Below, one piece after another: positions 25,405-45,734 of a stretch of DNA of 64,000 nucleotides (position 1 is the stretch's first letter; every line of letters starts with the position of its first letter). The translations under genes and the position numbers were made by a program. The stretch lies in NCBI RefSeq assembly GCF_009914755.1, contig NC_060948.1; one strand, written 5' to 3'. Source of the DNA: the human T2T-CHM13v2.0 reference genome, Homo sapiens. The notes under the pieces were generated by a model. The model saw only the letters and a program-made list of their open reading frames with translations. It was not told where the DNA came from and made no database searches.

Positions 25405-26050
25405 ACTCAAACTGCTTCTGAGAAACAGACAGCCCTACATGCAACAAGAGAGATTCAGGGACAACTGCATGTCTTCTACAGCCAGCGTAAAATACAAAAG
25501 GTACTCAAAGGGACCATATTGAATCAGAAACCAGATAAAAATTTTTCAGCCTTTATGAAAAGGCAGAGGGACGTTCATGAAACACACTTTTGTAGCTCCT
25601 GAATCAATTAATACATGGATAATCTTAAAAGGCAAGTTTATTACTCAGGCACCTACTAATATCAGAAGAAAACTTCAGAGGAAGGCTCTGGAATTGTACA
25701 CTACCTTGGGAAACTTCGTGGGCATAACCTTCTCTATCTTTTATGACAGGACTCAGGAACAGCCACAGCAAAAAGAGATGATGCAAAATAAAGACAAAGA
25801 CCAGTGACCCAATTACAGGCCCATAAAATCCAAGATACTTGACATTCACCTGTAAACTCCTCTCAGTGAGGTAAGCCAGGGTACCTTAGGAAGAATGGCT
25901 AAGGCATCAAAATGTAGCTACCTTGACCCTTTCCATCCTGTGTTGGTGACTACTACATGTTGGACTGCCTCCAAGAGTGTTCATCACAGTGTGGGGCCAG
26001 TTTCCCAGATGGTCCAGTAGACTAATGCATCCCAGATCTCAATTCCCACA
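25405..26050 (+). mobile_element. ERV1 gag capsid/NC fragment
   Basis: TASEKQTALHA, NQKPDKNFSAFMKR, LKGKFITQAPTNIRRKLQ. Confidence 0.8.
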
Positions 26051-26061
26051 CTTCATTTATT

Positions 26062-27170
26062 GCCATCTCATTAATGCACCACAATGTAGCAATCTCTCAT
26101 TGTGAGGTGTCAAGCAGAGCTCTTTGTCTCATGGCCAAGAAAATTAAGGAGCATGGATGCAAACAGGTTGAAGCAAAAGTTTTATAAGTGAAAGTAAAAA
26201 GCTCTTTACAGTGGAGGTGGGGTGTAAGTTGTTTGCCTACTATAAGGCTGGGCTTCAGGGTTGATAAAGACAGAAAATGAAAGAAATGTGCTTAGTGGTC
26301 TTGGAGAAACATTACTCAGCTTGGCCCTGCACTTTGGCTGGGGATTCATCAGGAGGTTAAGTAATGATTTATAGATACAACTTAGCTTGGCCTTCATCCT
26401 TTGCCCTGGACCAAGCAGCAGCTAAAGTGAAAGCTTGGTCTGATACCTTGGCCTGGGACCAATAACATGCTGAAGTGTTGTTTCATGACCAAGATAATTA
26501 ATGAAACTACACATAAAGTTCAGATAAGACAGAAGTTTAATAATCAAAAGAAGAAAGCTGTTCACATTAAAGAAGGGACCCATGAGACTTTCCAACTATA
26601 ATGCTGGGTCTGAGGTTTTTGTGAACTGGAAAGAAAGAAATATTCTGAGTTGCATGTGGGCTATCTTGAAGAAAGCAGTAATCAGCTTGGTTCAGGACCT
26701 GACCTGGGACAAATCAGAGGATGAAATAAAAGCTTTGTTTGGGGCATTGCATCAGGAAAACACAGAAGCTGAAGGGATGATTCAGAAACACTTGGCTCAC
26801 AGGTCAAAACATATTCAAAGTAGAAAAGTGTCCCAGCAGAGCCCACTAGAGCCTACTAGGTATCATGCCCACAAAGACAGAATTGTCTATTTTTTTGAAG
26901 CCTGCTGATTATATGAATGACAAAGGTATCTCTACATGTGGCCTTCCTCCCCTATCTGTGCAGCTGTGCATATGTTTTAGGCAAAAACGCAAAGGCATTT
27001 TCATGTTCTTTCCTGTTTTCTGATTATTGCAGCTGTGAACATGTCTTTTGCTACTCTCCTCTTCTAGTTCTCTTACAGTTGCCTGCAACTTAACTTTTCA
27101 GTCTGTTTCTGTGCTTAAAAGAGTTTTACCAAGAACCCTTCCTAGTTTCCTGTTTTTTCTCTCCCACATC
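26062..27170 (-). mobile_element. ERV1 LTR(s) (copy E, possibly two nested)
   Basis: U5-like end homologous to 25022-25160; repeated CCAAT-containing units. Confidence 0.55.
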
Positions 27171-27442
27171 ATGAAGGTAAATTTAATGTGTTTTGTGCAT
27201 AAAACAAAGCTGTGTGAAGAAATATTCTGTGGAGCTTTCCGCTTGTGTCATGTCATCACTCAAGTTTCACATTGGAGTACATTTAATGTTTTTATGTTAG
27301 CAATGTTCAACCTGCACTTTCTTCTTTTAAAATAAACGACTTTGAAAAAGAGAATAAATTGTTTTAATTCTTAGATCATTTGGTAGAATTTGACAGTGGA
27401 ATTCTACCCAGGACTCTAGTCCTAGGGTTTCTTTTAAGTAGC

Positions 27443-29320
27443 TGTAAGATTGTGAAATATATTTGGTGTTTGTCTCTGTTTTCTGGCATAGAAATCCTGA
27501 GTTCTTTGGAATCTCCAAAGTGATGTCTTTTTATATGCTAATAACTGACAGCTTCAGGTTGGGGCTTGTTAATAAAAAGACAAGACTTGATAAGTGTGCA
27601 GGGACTCCCAGGATCACCCTGCATTATTTTGGAATAGGAGAGTTGCTGCGGGTACTGGCAGAAGCAGCCTATTTAGAGGGGCTGCAGAAAAGATGCCAGG
27701 TGTAGTGAAGGAGGGGCAGCCAGGGCTCTTCACTCTGTGAAGCTGGTGGGAACCAAGAACAGAGAGAAGCCACACCCACATCCAAGTGGAATTAGCAGAA
27801 ACCTCACCTACTCAGGCACAGTTGCAGCTGCCTAGCCATGCTGCAGACTCAGGCATCCCTGTGCTTTCTGGGGCCTGGAAAGCCATCCTTCCTACAAAGC
27901 CTCTGAAATCCCATTGCCTGGCCTCTCCCAGATCCTAGTGTCCCCTTGAATGTTGAAGAAAATTTTTGGCTGAGCCCAGGTGCTGTCATGATCTGACCAG
28001 GAGTGCTTACACTTGAGGTTGTACTGAAACAAAAACCATATGCCACCTTAGCTTTCTCTAGTCTTTTGGCCTCAGTGAGCATAGGAGACTCAAGGAGTTG
28101 GTTAGGGGCTGAGGGCAGCTTGGTATGGGCCTGGAGGTTTGTCTTTGCAAAAATAGCCTTGGTACCATTAACTGTAGCAGGAGACAGACAGGCATCTAGG
28201 CAGAAAGAAGCAGTTTCTCATTAAAACTCCATCTTCAAGCCATGGATTTTCTGAAGACTGGGGGCTGGGCTGCATGTTCTGGAGATGAGAATGAAAAATT
28301 ATGTCTCTTTCTGGGCCCACCAATAGCACCACTGACCAATCAGCACAGTACTTCTGCCTACTGAAGCCCATATGAACTCCAGAGTTAGGCAGATCATGGA
28401 TAACTTGCTTGCAAGTTGGAGCTAACCATTGTCGGTCTCCTCTCGACTGAGAGTTGTGCAATTACTGGCATTACATGCCTGCAGTTAGATAGGTCTCCTC
28501 TCCGTTAAGGGCTGTAGCAACATCTCAACAACCTTCCTGCAGATAAAAGCTTGCCACTCTGCATCTCATCCTTACTGAGGACTGCAGAGATATCAGCACG
28601 AACTGCCTGCAGATTGGAGCTCCTCACTCTGGTTCTACTTGTCACTGAGGGCTGCACAGATGAAAGTAGGTCCTGCTTGTAAAAAGGAGCTGCCCGCTTT
28701 ACATACCCTGCAAACTGTACTGTCACTCAATAAAGCACATATTTACCTTAATTATTTTTTAGTTGTTCACATACCTCATTTTTCCTGGACATGAGACAAG
28801 GACTCAGGACTGAATGGCAAAACTGAAAAATTAGTAACACAAACAGGACTGAAACTCACAACCCCCAAGTTGCCACATTGTTGCTTACCACAAAAAAAAA
28901 GGGACAGCAGAGCTTTGGCAAGACAGTGTTGTGACACCCTCTTGGGGGCTGTGCAATTTCTGGCATTTCTAAGCTTCTGGATTCCACTGCATTTCCCAGT
29001 CCCTGAAGAGGAAACAGCTTTTGGTATGCCAAATTCAGCCAAAGACCTTTAGGGAGCTGGCCCCTGTGCCAGCACCTGGAACTGCTCATCCATCATAGCC
29101 AATATGGCTAGCTGTGTGCAGTGGCTGTGCTCAACCATCACTCACTCATTCACCTAACTCTGTCCCTGTGATAAAGGTGACATTGATCACCATCAGCCAG
29201 TGGATTATTCAATCATACCTACATAATGGAGTCTCCATAAAAATCCAAGAGGACAGGATGCCAGAGCTTCTCGATGGCTGAACATGTAGAGCGTCTAAGA
29301 AATAGTGTGCACATAAAAGC
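27443..29320 (+). mobile_element. MER21-type LTR split by a MER52-type LTR (~27650-29170)
   Basis: MER21 start tgtgaaatatatttgg...ggaatctccaaagtgatg resumes at ~29170 (tgatcaccatcagccagtggattattcaatcatacctacataatg). MER52 signature ctgaatggcaaaactgaaaaattagtaacacaaacagg at ~28810. Confidence 0.7.
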
Positions 29321-30222
29321 AAACACCAGTAATTTAAATGTCAGATATAGTGTAGGTATCTTTTCTTTGCTTTGAAAGAAATTTCTGCCTTTAATAATGT
29401 GTCCAGAATTTTAACTTATTAAATAGAACATACTCAAAGTTAACCCAAAAGCATATATTCTAAACATTAACACTTGGATAATTCTACCTAAATGATTTCA
29501 TGATGCACTAATATTGTACAACAAGTTTTGTTTTAGAGAGATAAAGATTTCTTCAAGTTAACTGGGTAAAAACTAGACATTTATAAAGAAGAAGAAATTC
29601 CATTGAAATCTCAGCATAAATTGCATCCTATTTCAGTTTGGGAGAGAAATCATCAGTGAGTTTTGTGTTGGAAATGTTTATCCTAAAATATTAGGCTTTT
29701 AATTTAGAATTTTGTGTCTCTGTGGTATTTGTTCCACTATAAAGTCAAAAGCACCATCTCAGATGTTTCTGTGTCTCCATTTTGGGGAAAGGGGAAGAGG
29801 CTGCCTCATAACCCATTAAATTCTGCATTCTAGAGTAAAAAATAAAAAAAAATTACAGTTTTTTGTATTTCAAATCTAATAAATCACAATTTTGTTTTTT
29901 TGTAGAGTAGTAGTCATGCATGAAAACTAGAATTTGAAAGAACAGCCAAGTGCTCACCAGTCTGATTTTATATTTGGGCTTATATGTGCATAAAATTATG
30001 ACATTTTGACAAAGAAGCTGCTTCATTATTTATTTTAAAGTTACACTACTTAAAATTTCGTTCATAATATTAAATAAATAGCTTCGACATTTCCAGTTCT
30101 GTTTCCAAGTCTTAGATATTGGGGGAATTGTTTTGGGATATGCAGATGGATTAGGGCATCTTGCAGCTAATGATGTCTTCTTCTCAGCTCAGTTATTGTG
30201 CCCTGAGCAGACAGACTGACAA

Positions 30223-31846
30223 TTAAAACTCATCATTTTTTTTTTGCACTTACGCTAACATATATTGTATCCCATGGGCTGAACCCCAGATTTTCTTCAG
30301 CATTTAACATTCTTTCTCAGCCATTTGTTCAAACTCCATCTTAATATTACAGCTAGCAAGGGCCTTACATTCCTCCAGAACAACTGGATTACATGAGGCA
30401 AGCTCATTAATTTGAACCATAATATCTTGGGTGAAAGTTGCTGTTCAAAACACCTGAGAAACCAGGTCTTTGGCACATGCCTCCTGTATTGTCAGCTTTC
30501 ACACAGCACTCAACATTTTATTGGCAGATGCTTCACCCATCATTGGGAAATGTAACACTAGAAAGCCATCTGAACTCTGTCCAAATGTTGTATAAGGGGT
30601 TTGAAACCAAAGCTGTCATTAGCCCAAATCAAGTGACAAAGAGGCAGTATGGATGCACCCAGTCCAATGGCTGGCCCATTGACTGATACAACAGTTGACT
30701 TTTTAAATTGAATGAAATTGTCAAAAACATTCTTGATATTGTCCACCATTTCAATGCTTGTTCTCTTTCTGTCATTTGTTAAATGCTTCACGAAGTACCC
30801 AAAATCAAGACCACAGCAAAAGACACTGCCAACTGTGCTGAACAGCACAAGTTTGCTATCATCTGGAGCAGCCATATTCAGAGCATTCATGATTTCTTTC
30901 ATTACTTCTGCATTCAGTGTGTTTTCTCCTGTCAATCTAGTTGATACCAATATCTAGGTGAATCCATCCTCTTTCCTCACTACAATGTCTCTGTATCTGC
31001 TGGCACTTTCTGTTAGCCTTCTGGTGACATGCATCCTCTACATAAAAGGCTGGTCTCTGTTATTATCATTAACCTTTCTTTGCCCGCCTCTCACTCTTGT
31101 AATAGGTGTATGCATATTTGTTCTTCTGTTGGCTGTTGATGAGTCCATTAATACCAATATACCTTCCTTGTTAGCTGAGCCTGTGACCATGGATGCAGTA
31201 GTAACTGAGCCAGACATCTGAGACAATAGTGCATGTATCAGTGGCCTTTTTTCTATTCCAGCTGGTCCTGCACTGGGATCTGATAAAGCTCTGACAGGCT
31301 TCTCTACTGCCACGTTGAACACCACTGTGTCCTGCTAATCTGGTGCAATAGGGTTTAGTGTCTCAGGTTCCTGAATGTCAGTCACTCTGTTCTTGCTGTT
31401 AAAGGGGCTCTGATGTGCAAGTGTCTTGATAGTTGAATTTACTATCTCCGTATGCTTTGGGTGAAAGAGAGGTGAAGCTGCATTTTTCCTAACATTGTGG
31501 CTGGCAGCAAATCACTGGCTGTTTTAGAACTTGTGGTGTTTGCCAGTTAATAACATATTAGGAGAGTTATTAGAAAAGTTGGTGTTGGTAGATCTGGAAG
31601 TTCTTTTTTTGGGGCATTGTTTGAAAAAGTTCTACTTGTTTTGATCTGTGTCTTTGTTTTCTGCTTTTCAGTCTGTCATCTGTTAAAGACATAGAAACAT
31701 TTTTCACAGTTCACGATGTGCTGCTCTGGTTCCCAAGTGTCATCCTGTTTGTCATAACCTTTCCACTGAACCAAATACTCTGTCTTCTCTTTTTTGTCTT
31801 CTCTTGTGTAAACAAAAGTTTCAACCTCTAACTATTGGGAATCCGT
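30223..31846 (-). pseudogene. CDY3P: CDY (chromodomain Y) intronless pseudogene; symbol assigned from recalled locus context
   Basis: rc reads TDSQ*LEVE...YLVQWKGYDKQDDTWEPEQH (chromodomain), SQMSGSVTTASMVTGSA, DDSKLVLFSTVGSVFCCGLDFGYFVKHL, VSVNGPAIGLGASILPLC (crotonase fold), ending DEF*. ATG>ACG plus stops at ~31833, 31677, 31335, 31038, 30955. Confidence 0.9.
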
Positions 31847-32167
31847 AAAGAAAGAGACCGATTTGGGGTAGTTGCTGTGCCAACTTTATTTCAGTAGGGT
31901 CTTCCCATAGTTACATTTTTCTGCCTCCAGTTCTTTACCAGGTACTAAGTATGGATGAGTCTCTTCCACTTCATTGCCACTGGTGTAGTAAAAGTTGTGT
32001 GAAGGAGCAGCTATGGTATGTGCCTTAGGCTCTCCACACTTACTCCCTGGTGAGAGAGCTTGGGCTTGGTCTCAGGGTGCCAAGATAGCTTGCTTCTCAC
32101 ATAAGAGAAGCTAAATCCACCGCTCCTACTCTGGTGTAGTGCAGAAAGCTTTCTACCTGCCTGTTAC
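31847..32167 (-). other. CDY 5' UTR / TSS-homologous region
   Basis: rc gtaacaggcaggtagaaagctttctgcactacaccagag... resembles the CDY1/2 mRNA 5' end as recalled. Confidence 0.7.
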
Positions 32168-32169
32168 TC

Positions 32170-35100
32170 TTTCCTTTACAGTTGCTCTGACCATTATATC
32201 AAACATTCTAAAGTTATAACATTGTTAAAGTTACGCTAATATACATTCAATAACATAAAAATCCCTACTCCTGTATAGACTGGCCTCCATTACTTTACTT
32301 ACTGAGTTCTCAAAATTATACCTTTATGCACTGTATGTCAAAAACACAAGTTAGTGAATATATATATAAAATATATATAGTATTATATTATCTATATTTA
32401 TATATATACACACACATGTATGTTTGTGTGTGTTTTAAATTATGTGGAGAATCACTTGTGAAGGTGCACATTGTTAATTTTTATATATATATTTTGTTAA
32501 TTGCTTATGTATTTATCTTTACCTTAATATTTATTTATTCATACTCCTGCCTAGTGTTCATTTTGCCATGAAGTACCCCATAAAGCATTTCTTCAAGGGT
32601 AGTCCAGTGGTAAAAGACATCAGCTTTTATCTGAAAATGTCATAATTTCCCTCTCAGTTTTGATGGACAGTTTGAACATAAAATTTCTGTTTGAATTTGT
32701 TTTATTACATCACTTGGAATATATTAGTCCATTGCTCTCTGGCCTCGAATTTTTAGATAAGAAATCCACTTTTTAATTTTGAGGGTCCTCTGTACATTAC
32801 TAGTCACTTCTTTTGCTGCTTTCAAGGTTCTCTTTGTCTTTGTTTAGAAATATTGAATTATCAAGGAAGTTGGAGTGTGTTTCTTTGAGTTTATCTTACT
32901 TGGAGTTTATTGAGCTTCTTGGATGTTTATTTATTTCCTCACACTTGTGACATTCTTGGCCACTATTTTTTAAAATAGTCTCTCTGATTCTTTGTCTCTT
33001 CTCTTTGAACTTCCAAAATGTGTAAGTAAGGCTGCTTGATGGTGTTCCACAGGTTTTAGGCTCTGTTCACATTTCTTTATATATATTTTCTCTTCCTTCC
33101 TTAATAATTTCAATTGCTCTTTCTTTAGGTTTGCTGGTATTATGTTCTATCTGCTCAAGTCTGCTTTTAAATGTCTGTAGTGAATTTTTATTTCAGTTGT
33201 TTCACTTTGCATATCTAGAAATTTTTTTAGTTTTAAAAATAATTTTACTCTCTCTTTATTAATAATTTATTTGTTCATGACTCTCTGTGCTTTTTTGTTT
33301 ATTCTATTACCTTCCTAAGATCATTAATTTAAAAAAATAATTTTTAGTAAGCCTGCCATTTGGACTGTGTAGGAAAAGCTTGTGTTAGTTATTTTTTTTT
33401 TCTTAGAATGAGCCTTAATTTTCTATTTCACTTTATGGTTAGTGATTTTGTTAACGCTGAAAAAGGGCATTTACATATGAAAATGCTGTAATTTTAAAAT
33501 CAGATTTTCTTACTCTATGATTGGCTAGGGTTTTGTTTATTTATAATGCAGGCTCTTTCTGTCCTGGAAATCAGTCCTATTGAACTTCTTGTGTCTTTTT
33601 TGAGCCTGCACCATCTGAGGAAGATATGGTTAACATACTTATTTATTATGTTTTTATTTATATATATTTACTTTTGAATGTTTTTGTACATAAATGTCTG
33701 ACCTCTTAAAAGGAAAAAAAGTAAAATGAGGAAAAATATTCTGGCTCTCTAAATATTCTGAAAGTTGCTTGAGTAGGAGGAGGAAAAGCCTGCAAAAGCT
33801 TTCAGAAATGAAACAACGGCTATTCATCTATCTTGGGACTTCTATAATCAGAAGCAGCAACAGGTGCACAAGTCCTCTGACATTTAAATGGCAGGGTCCT
33901 TTCTGTTATCATGCCTCTTGCAAGCTGCTCCAGAGGTGTTTTCGAGGCAGCATACCACAGCAGTAGTTAATAAAGAATAAATAGCTGTTTTTCATCTATG
34001 CTATAAAATTGATAAAATTTAATTATTGTTTACAAATCTTGTTTTGGAAGCTGTAAACCTTCAGGTAGACTCTGGAATTCCAAAATAATAGGATCATACC
34101 AATTCTGACACTGCACCTATAGTGTAGTTGAAGAGACAGATATATAGTGCTCTGTAGTCACTTGTCATGCTTTTCTCAGAAGCTTGTATCATCTTACTTT
34201 TGGCCTTTCGGATAAATCATATACATTAATTTTTATCTAAGGATGCATTTGTGCCAGTCTTTGACTTTTTATGCAAGAACTCATATTTAAAGTTATTACA
34301 AGTAAAACATTACTTACTCTGAGATTTACTTGTTTTCAATATTTTATTATTTATTTTATCCTTAATTCTCCTTTATTTTTAAAATGTGGTTAATTTAGAA
34401 AAAAATTTGTATTTTTTATATTATAATTGGTTATTTTGGGACTTCAATTACTATTGTAAATTTAAAATAGCCTACTTTTAATAACACTAACTTGTTTCAA
34501 TAACCTAAAGTTTAATTTAAACAATATAAAAATGTGCTGCTTTTGTGCTTTTCCATTCTTTTCAATTTATATTATTATCTCAGATTATATGTGTAAACAC
34601 TGAGTGTTCAGTAATAGAAAACTTTGCCAGGGTTATAATAATAATTTTCTCTTTTAGAGAAGGTTAGTAACAAATTCTTTTAACTTTCCTTTATCCAGGC
34701 ATTTTTGCTCATGTATCATTTTACCTGTTACAGATTTCAGGTTTGATAGCATTTTTTCTAGTAAAACTTTGATATCCTACTACCTTATGACTTCTATGGT
34801 TTCTGCTGAACAATCATCTGTTAATTTTAATCAAGATTCCCTTGAACATAACAAGTTGCTTGTCGCTTTCTGGTTTTACAATTTTCTTTGTCTTAGCACT
34901 TGACTGACTATAATGTTTCTTGATGTGGCTATCGTTGACTATATTACGGTTGAAGATTTTGTCCTTCTTTAACTTTTAGATTCTGATTTTTAATTAAGTT
35001 TGGGAAATATTCAGTCATCTTTGCTTTCAGATTTTTTTTTTGCCTCTTCTTTTTCTGTATTTATGAGATGCCCATATTGCATGTATTGATATAGCTCATA

Positions 35101-36200
35101 GTGTTCTATTAACTTCTTAGTATTTTTTCACTTAATTTTTTTTTTATTTATCAGACTGGGTTATTTCAGTTTTCATTGCTTAAAATTGACTGAATATTTT
35201 CCAGCTCAAGTCTGCTGCAAAACTCCTTTATTGTCGATTTTCTTTCGGTCATTGTACTCTTTATCTCAAATTTTTCATTTTTTTTACATATTTTTTCTCA
35301 CTGATGCTCTCATAATTTTCTTTCATCGGTTCTGTCATTTTTCTTTTACACAACTTAAAACTGTTGTTTTAAATTCTTTGTCAATAAAATTTGGAATATT
35401 TTCAATTTCTGCATTTACTTTACATTAGTCATGTGTTTCTATTGGTTTTTATGTTTCTATTTTGCAGAAAACTATATTCAAAAAGTCAAAATGTGCTAAC
35501 TCTGAATTCTAGGTTTTCTTCATTTCTCCAAGGTATTTTCTTAGTTATTAAAACCTTAGCTTGCATTCCATTAGTGTTTTGAATAAGAGCAATGTTAAAA
35601 CTATCACTTTTAAAAACTAGATCTGTATTAACATTCTTCTTTAACTCTCAGGGGGATTGCTTATAATTCTGCCTTAGCCTTCATTTTCTTCTCACATTGA
35701 AGCTATAGATAAAATTGAGAATTAACACCTATTGTTTTATATACTTTTTGAGAATGTTTTCTGTCGTGAGCATGGGCGTGATTTTCTAAATCTTTCAATA
35801 CATTAAACTGCTTTTGAATATTCAGATTTTTGCAAATAAAGGTCTCTTCAACTTTTCCTCCTTTTTATAGTTTGTCTATTGTATAAAAACTGGTTTGTTC
35901 TCAGCAACTTAAAGTTTTATGACCAATTTCTGGCATTTTCAACCAAGAGTGAATTCTATGTTAGACAAAACAGAAATAAATGTGTTTCATCAATTCTTCA
36001 CATATACCCTAGATAGACTAGAAAAAAACACAATAATTTACCATATAAGGGCTTCTTTACTCCTTCCAGAAGCAGAATTCAGGGCCTCACATGGAAAATT
36101 GTGGATTTCAATTTTTATAAGCCTTCATCTGTGCTTAGGAGGCAGTATGGTAATACACAAAAAAATTTACAATTTTATAATTGTCTCTCTTGATTACATG
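32170..36200 (-). mobile_element. Old L1M (L1MC/MD-type) ORF1/5' fragments, at least two pieces
   Basis: T-rich antisense L1 motifs such as ttttatctgaaaatgtc..atttc.cctc, gagtttatcttacttggagtttattgagcttcttggatg, and a similar second block at 34700-35400. Confidence 0.65.
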
Positions 36201-38715
36201 TTAACTTGGCTAATATGAGCTATTTATTTCAAAGGTCCAGGCTGCTTATGAAAGGTATGAGTTTTCTTTAAATGGTTTGAAGTTGCCTTCCTTGCACTTT
36301 TCTTTTTATTTTTATCTATGAAACATTGATTGTTTTCTATTCTTGTAGCTTATTTGTATCTATGAGACGTATGTTTTTTCTCCTAAAATTGTGTTTAAAA
36401 TACTTAAATTATGTGTTGTACCTCGAATTTTGGATTTTAGATGTTAGATTTTTGTTTTAGTAGTTATATTATAGAGTTTTTTGTTTGCTTTTTATTAATT
36501 GAAGTTCTGTATTCCATATAAAATATATGAGGCAAGATCGGTATAAAGTATATTTTGGTTTTATATAAAACAAATGTACAATAATTTGCTTAAAAGTGAC
36601 TTTCAAGTAAATATCTAAATAAAATAATAAGGAAATAATCATGTAAACATGCAGGAAGTTCAACCAGTATGATGATCCCTGGTAGAAGCCTGCTTAATTG
36701 TTTAAAAAATAGCCAGGTCCCTGTTGCTGGAGCAGGCTGTGGAAGGGAAAGCATTATAGATGATGAGCTCATAGAAGTAACAGACAGTCCCTGTGATTGT
36801 CTAGGGATTTTATAGGTCAGTAGATTTCACGTTAGATTTCACTCTAAGCCTGGTTTATGACTGGAAGTGGAATTGGTAAGCTTGTTACTAGCATCTAGTA
36901 CTGAGAGTTTAGAAATGCTGCTAAATATCCTATAACCTAGGGTATTAGGCACCTTTGAAAAATTAACTGTGTTGAACAATCTCTCAAGAAAATTATTTTT
37001 AAAACACACATTTAGAATTATTTGATATCACATTTGAAGATTTCTTAACTCAATTTTTGGTTTCTTATATCAGAAGGATTTTCAAAAGCTTATGTAATGT
37101 TTAGTTCATTCAAGTTAGGGTAAGCATTAGTAAAGTGAAGTCAGTTTAGTTAATAAATGACTACAAACTAAACCACATATTTTCTTATTTTCTTCTTTTT
37201 TCCCATTGCTTTTTCAATATTTCTGTAAACCACTAATATAGAAAATTAAAACTCTAGGCAGTCTCTATTTCAGGGGTACCAAGGGAGAAAACTCAATCAA
37301 GGGCCTTTGGGATAGATCTAATCTTGACTAGAGGTTGAAGGTATACGTAAAACACAGACACACCTGTGCTTTGGCACACTATGTTATGCATTCACATTGT
37401 GCATACACATTGTCTTATGACATGAAAGTTGCTAAGATATTACAATAAGCAAGCCAAATAAAAACCAAGCTTTCAAAGATTATAGCTGGGGTTAGAGAAT
37501 TTTCGCTTTTGCTAAAATTGTTGAGTAGAATAAATACTCAAGTATCTTCTACTGCTTAAAAAATATTTTATAGAAGTTTGCACAGTGGGTATCTTTTATC
37601 AGAATTATTTCTCCTCCATCTTGTTCTAAGATAATAAAAGATAAATGCGTTCACAAAAATGCATATTAGACAATAAGATAAAGATAAATGAATGAGGAAA
37701 TTAATGTGAGAAGAAAAATATGTGAAAATATTAAGGTAAGTCCAAAAAGGAGGTGAATTCATGCAATGTAAAATCTTTATGTTTGAATCAGAAATTTGTT
37801 TCAGAACGTTAGCAGGTAGCAATATGGTAGTAATCCACATTTATAATGCTCAAGTTGTTCTCATTTAGCACCTGACCTGTTGGCTATGTAACTGATGCTA
37901 GATAGAGATTTCTCCACTAGCAGAACTTCTACTCGTATAGAGCTTGCTTTTCCTCCAAAATTAATAAATTGCTACTCAATGCCTAAAGTAAAAAGACATA
38001 AATTTTTTTCCCTAATATACTAAGGGAGAGCTATGCTATTTAGACACATTCTAGGAAAAATGCAGACAGCATGAAATCAAGGCATCGGACAATATTAAGT
38101 AGTATACAGAAGCTGACATTATTTGTAGAAAAGAGTTATTCAGGCAAAACTTGCAGCAAAAGAGGTATATTTACTGTGCTTTACTCACTAATTTGTCAAA
38201 GTGCTGGAACTGCTTTAATATTATTATTGTTATTATTATTTGTAAAAGCTATTTCACTGAGGCAGTTAGGTAATAGATTGCTTACTTTTATAACTGATTT
38301 AAATGGTTACATTTTACCATGATTACAGAAACAGTATTTCCTAAATCTGTGTGAAAGTTTAAATTGTCATTTTCTAAGAAGACATAATATACCTCTATTC
38401 TTAAAGAAATAAATAGTATATACTAATTCATAACTATTTATTAAGCAACTCCTCTGATGTAGATTCTAGAGCCTTGACAGTAACTAAATAGAAACATGAG
38501 TACCTTTGGAGTGTTTGTTTACAGAGATCATTATGGACCATTTAAACACACACACACACACACGTATATATGTGAGTTTTTTGTACAGAATTAGTTCATT
38601 TTATGACTCTCAAATCAGCTGACTTATTAAAATAAGATTTACAGTTTTAGTATTTATTCAAAGAATGTTTTTTGAGAATACATACAAAAAATTGTATACT
38701 TTGTCATCACTTTAT

Positions 38716-45424
<6,709 letters not shown>

Positions 45425-45734
45425 GGCTCCTGGGCATAAATTTGTTGCTCCCCACCGAAGCTCCACCTTCAAGCAGTGACATCTTGAAGTCTGGGGCATA
45501 GGCTGATGGACAAGAATGGGAAATGATTTTACTTTTATTAAGTAAATTGCTTTATTAAGTAAATTTACTTTTAATTAAATTTAAAGTAATTTTTATTTAA
45601 ATTTACTTTTAAATTAATAAAAAGTAAATTTACTTTTATTAAAGAAATTGCTGCCCAATAATCCAATCAGCAAGCACTTTATTTTCTTTGAACGATGTAA
45701 AATTACTGGATTCAGCCACACTGGAAGACTTGAC

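Noticed and set aside
38055-38164. AG...GT-bounded exon-like segment (another at ~37274-37340)
   Set aside because: I could not match either to USP9Y, OFD1, ELOC, XKRY or any other protein; tBLASTx needed.
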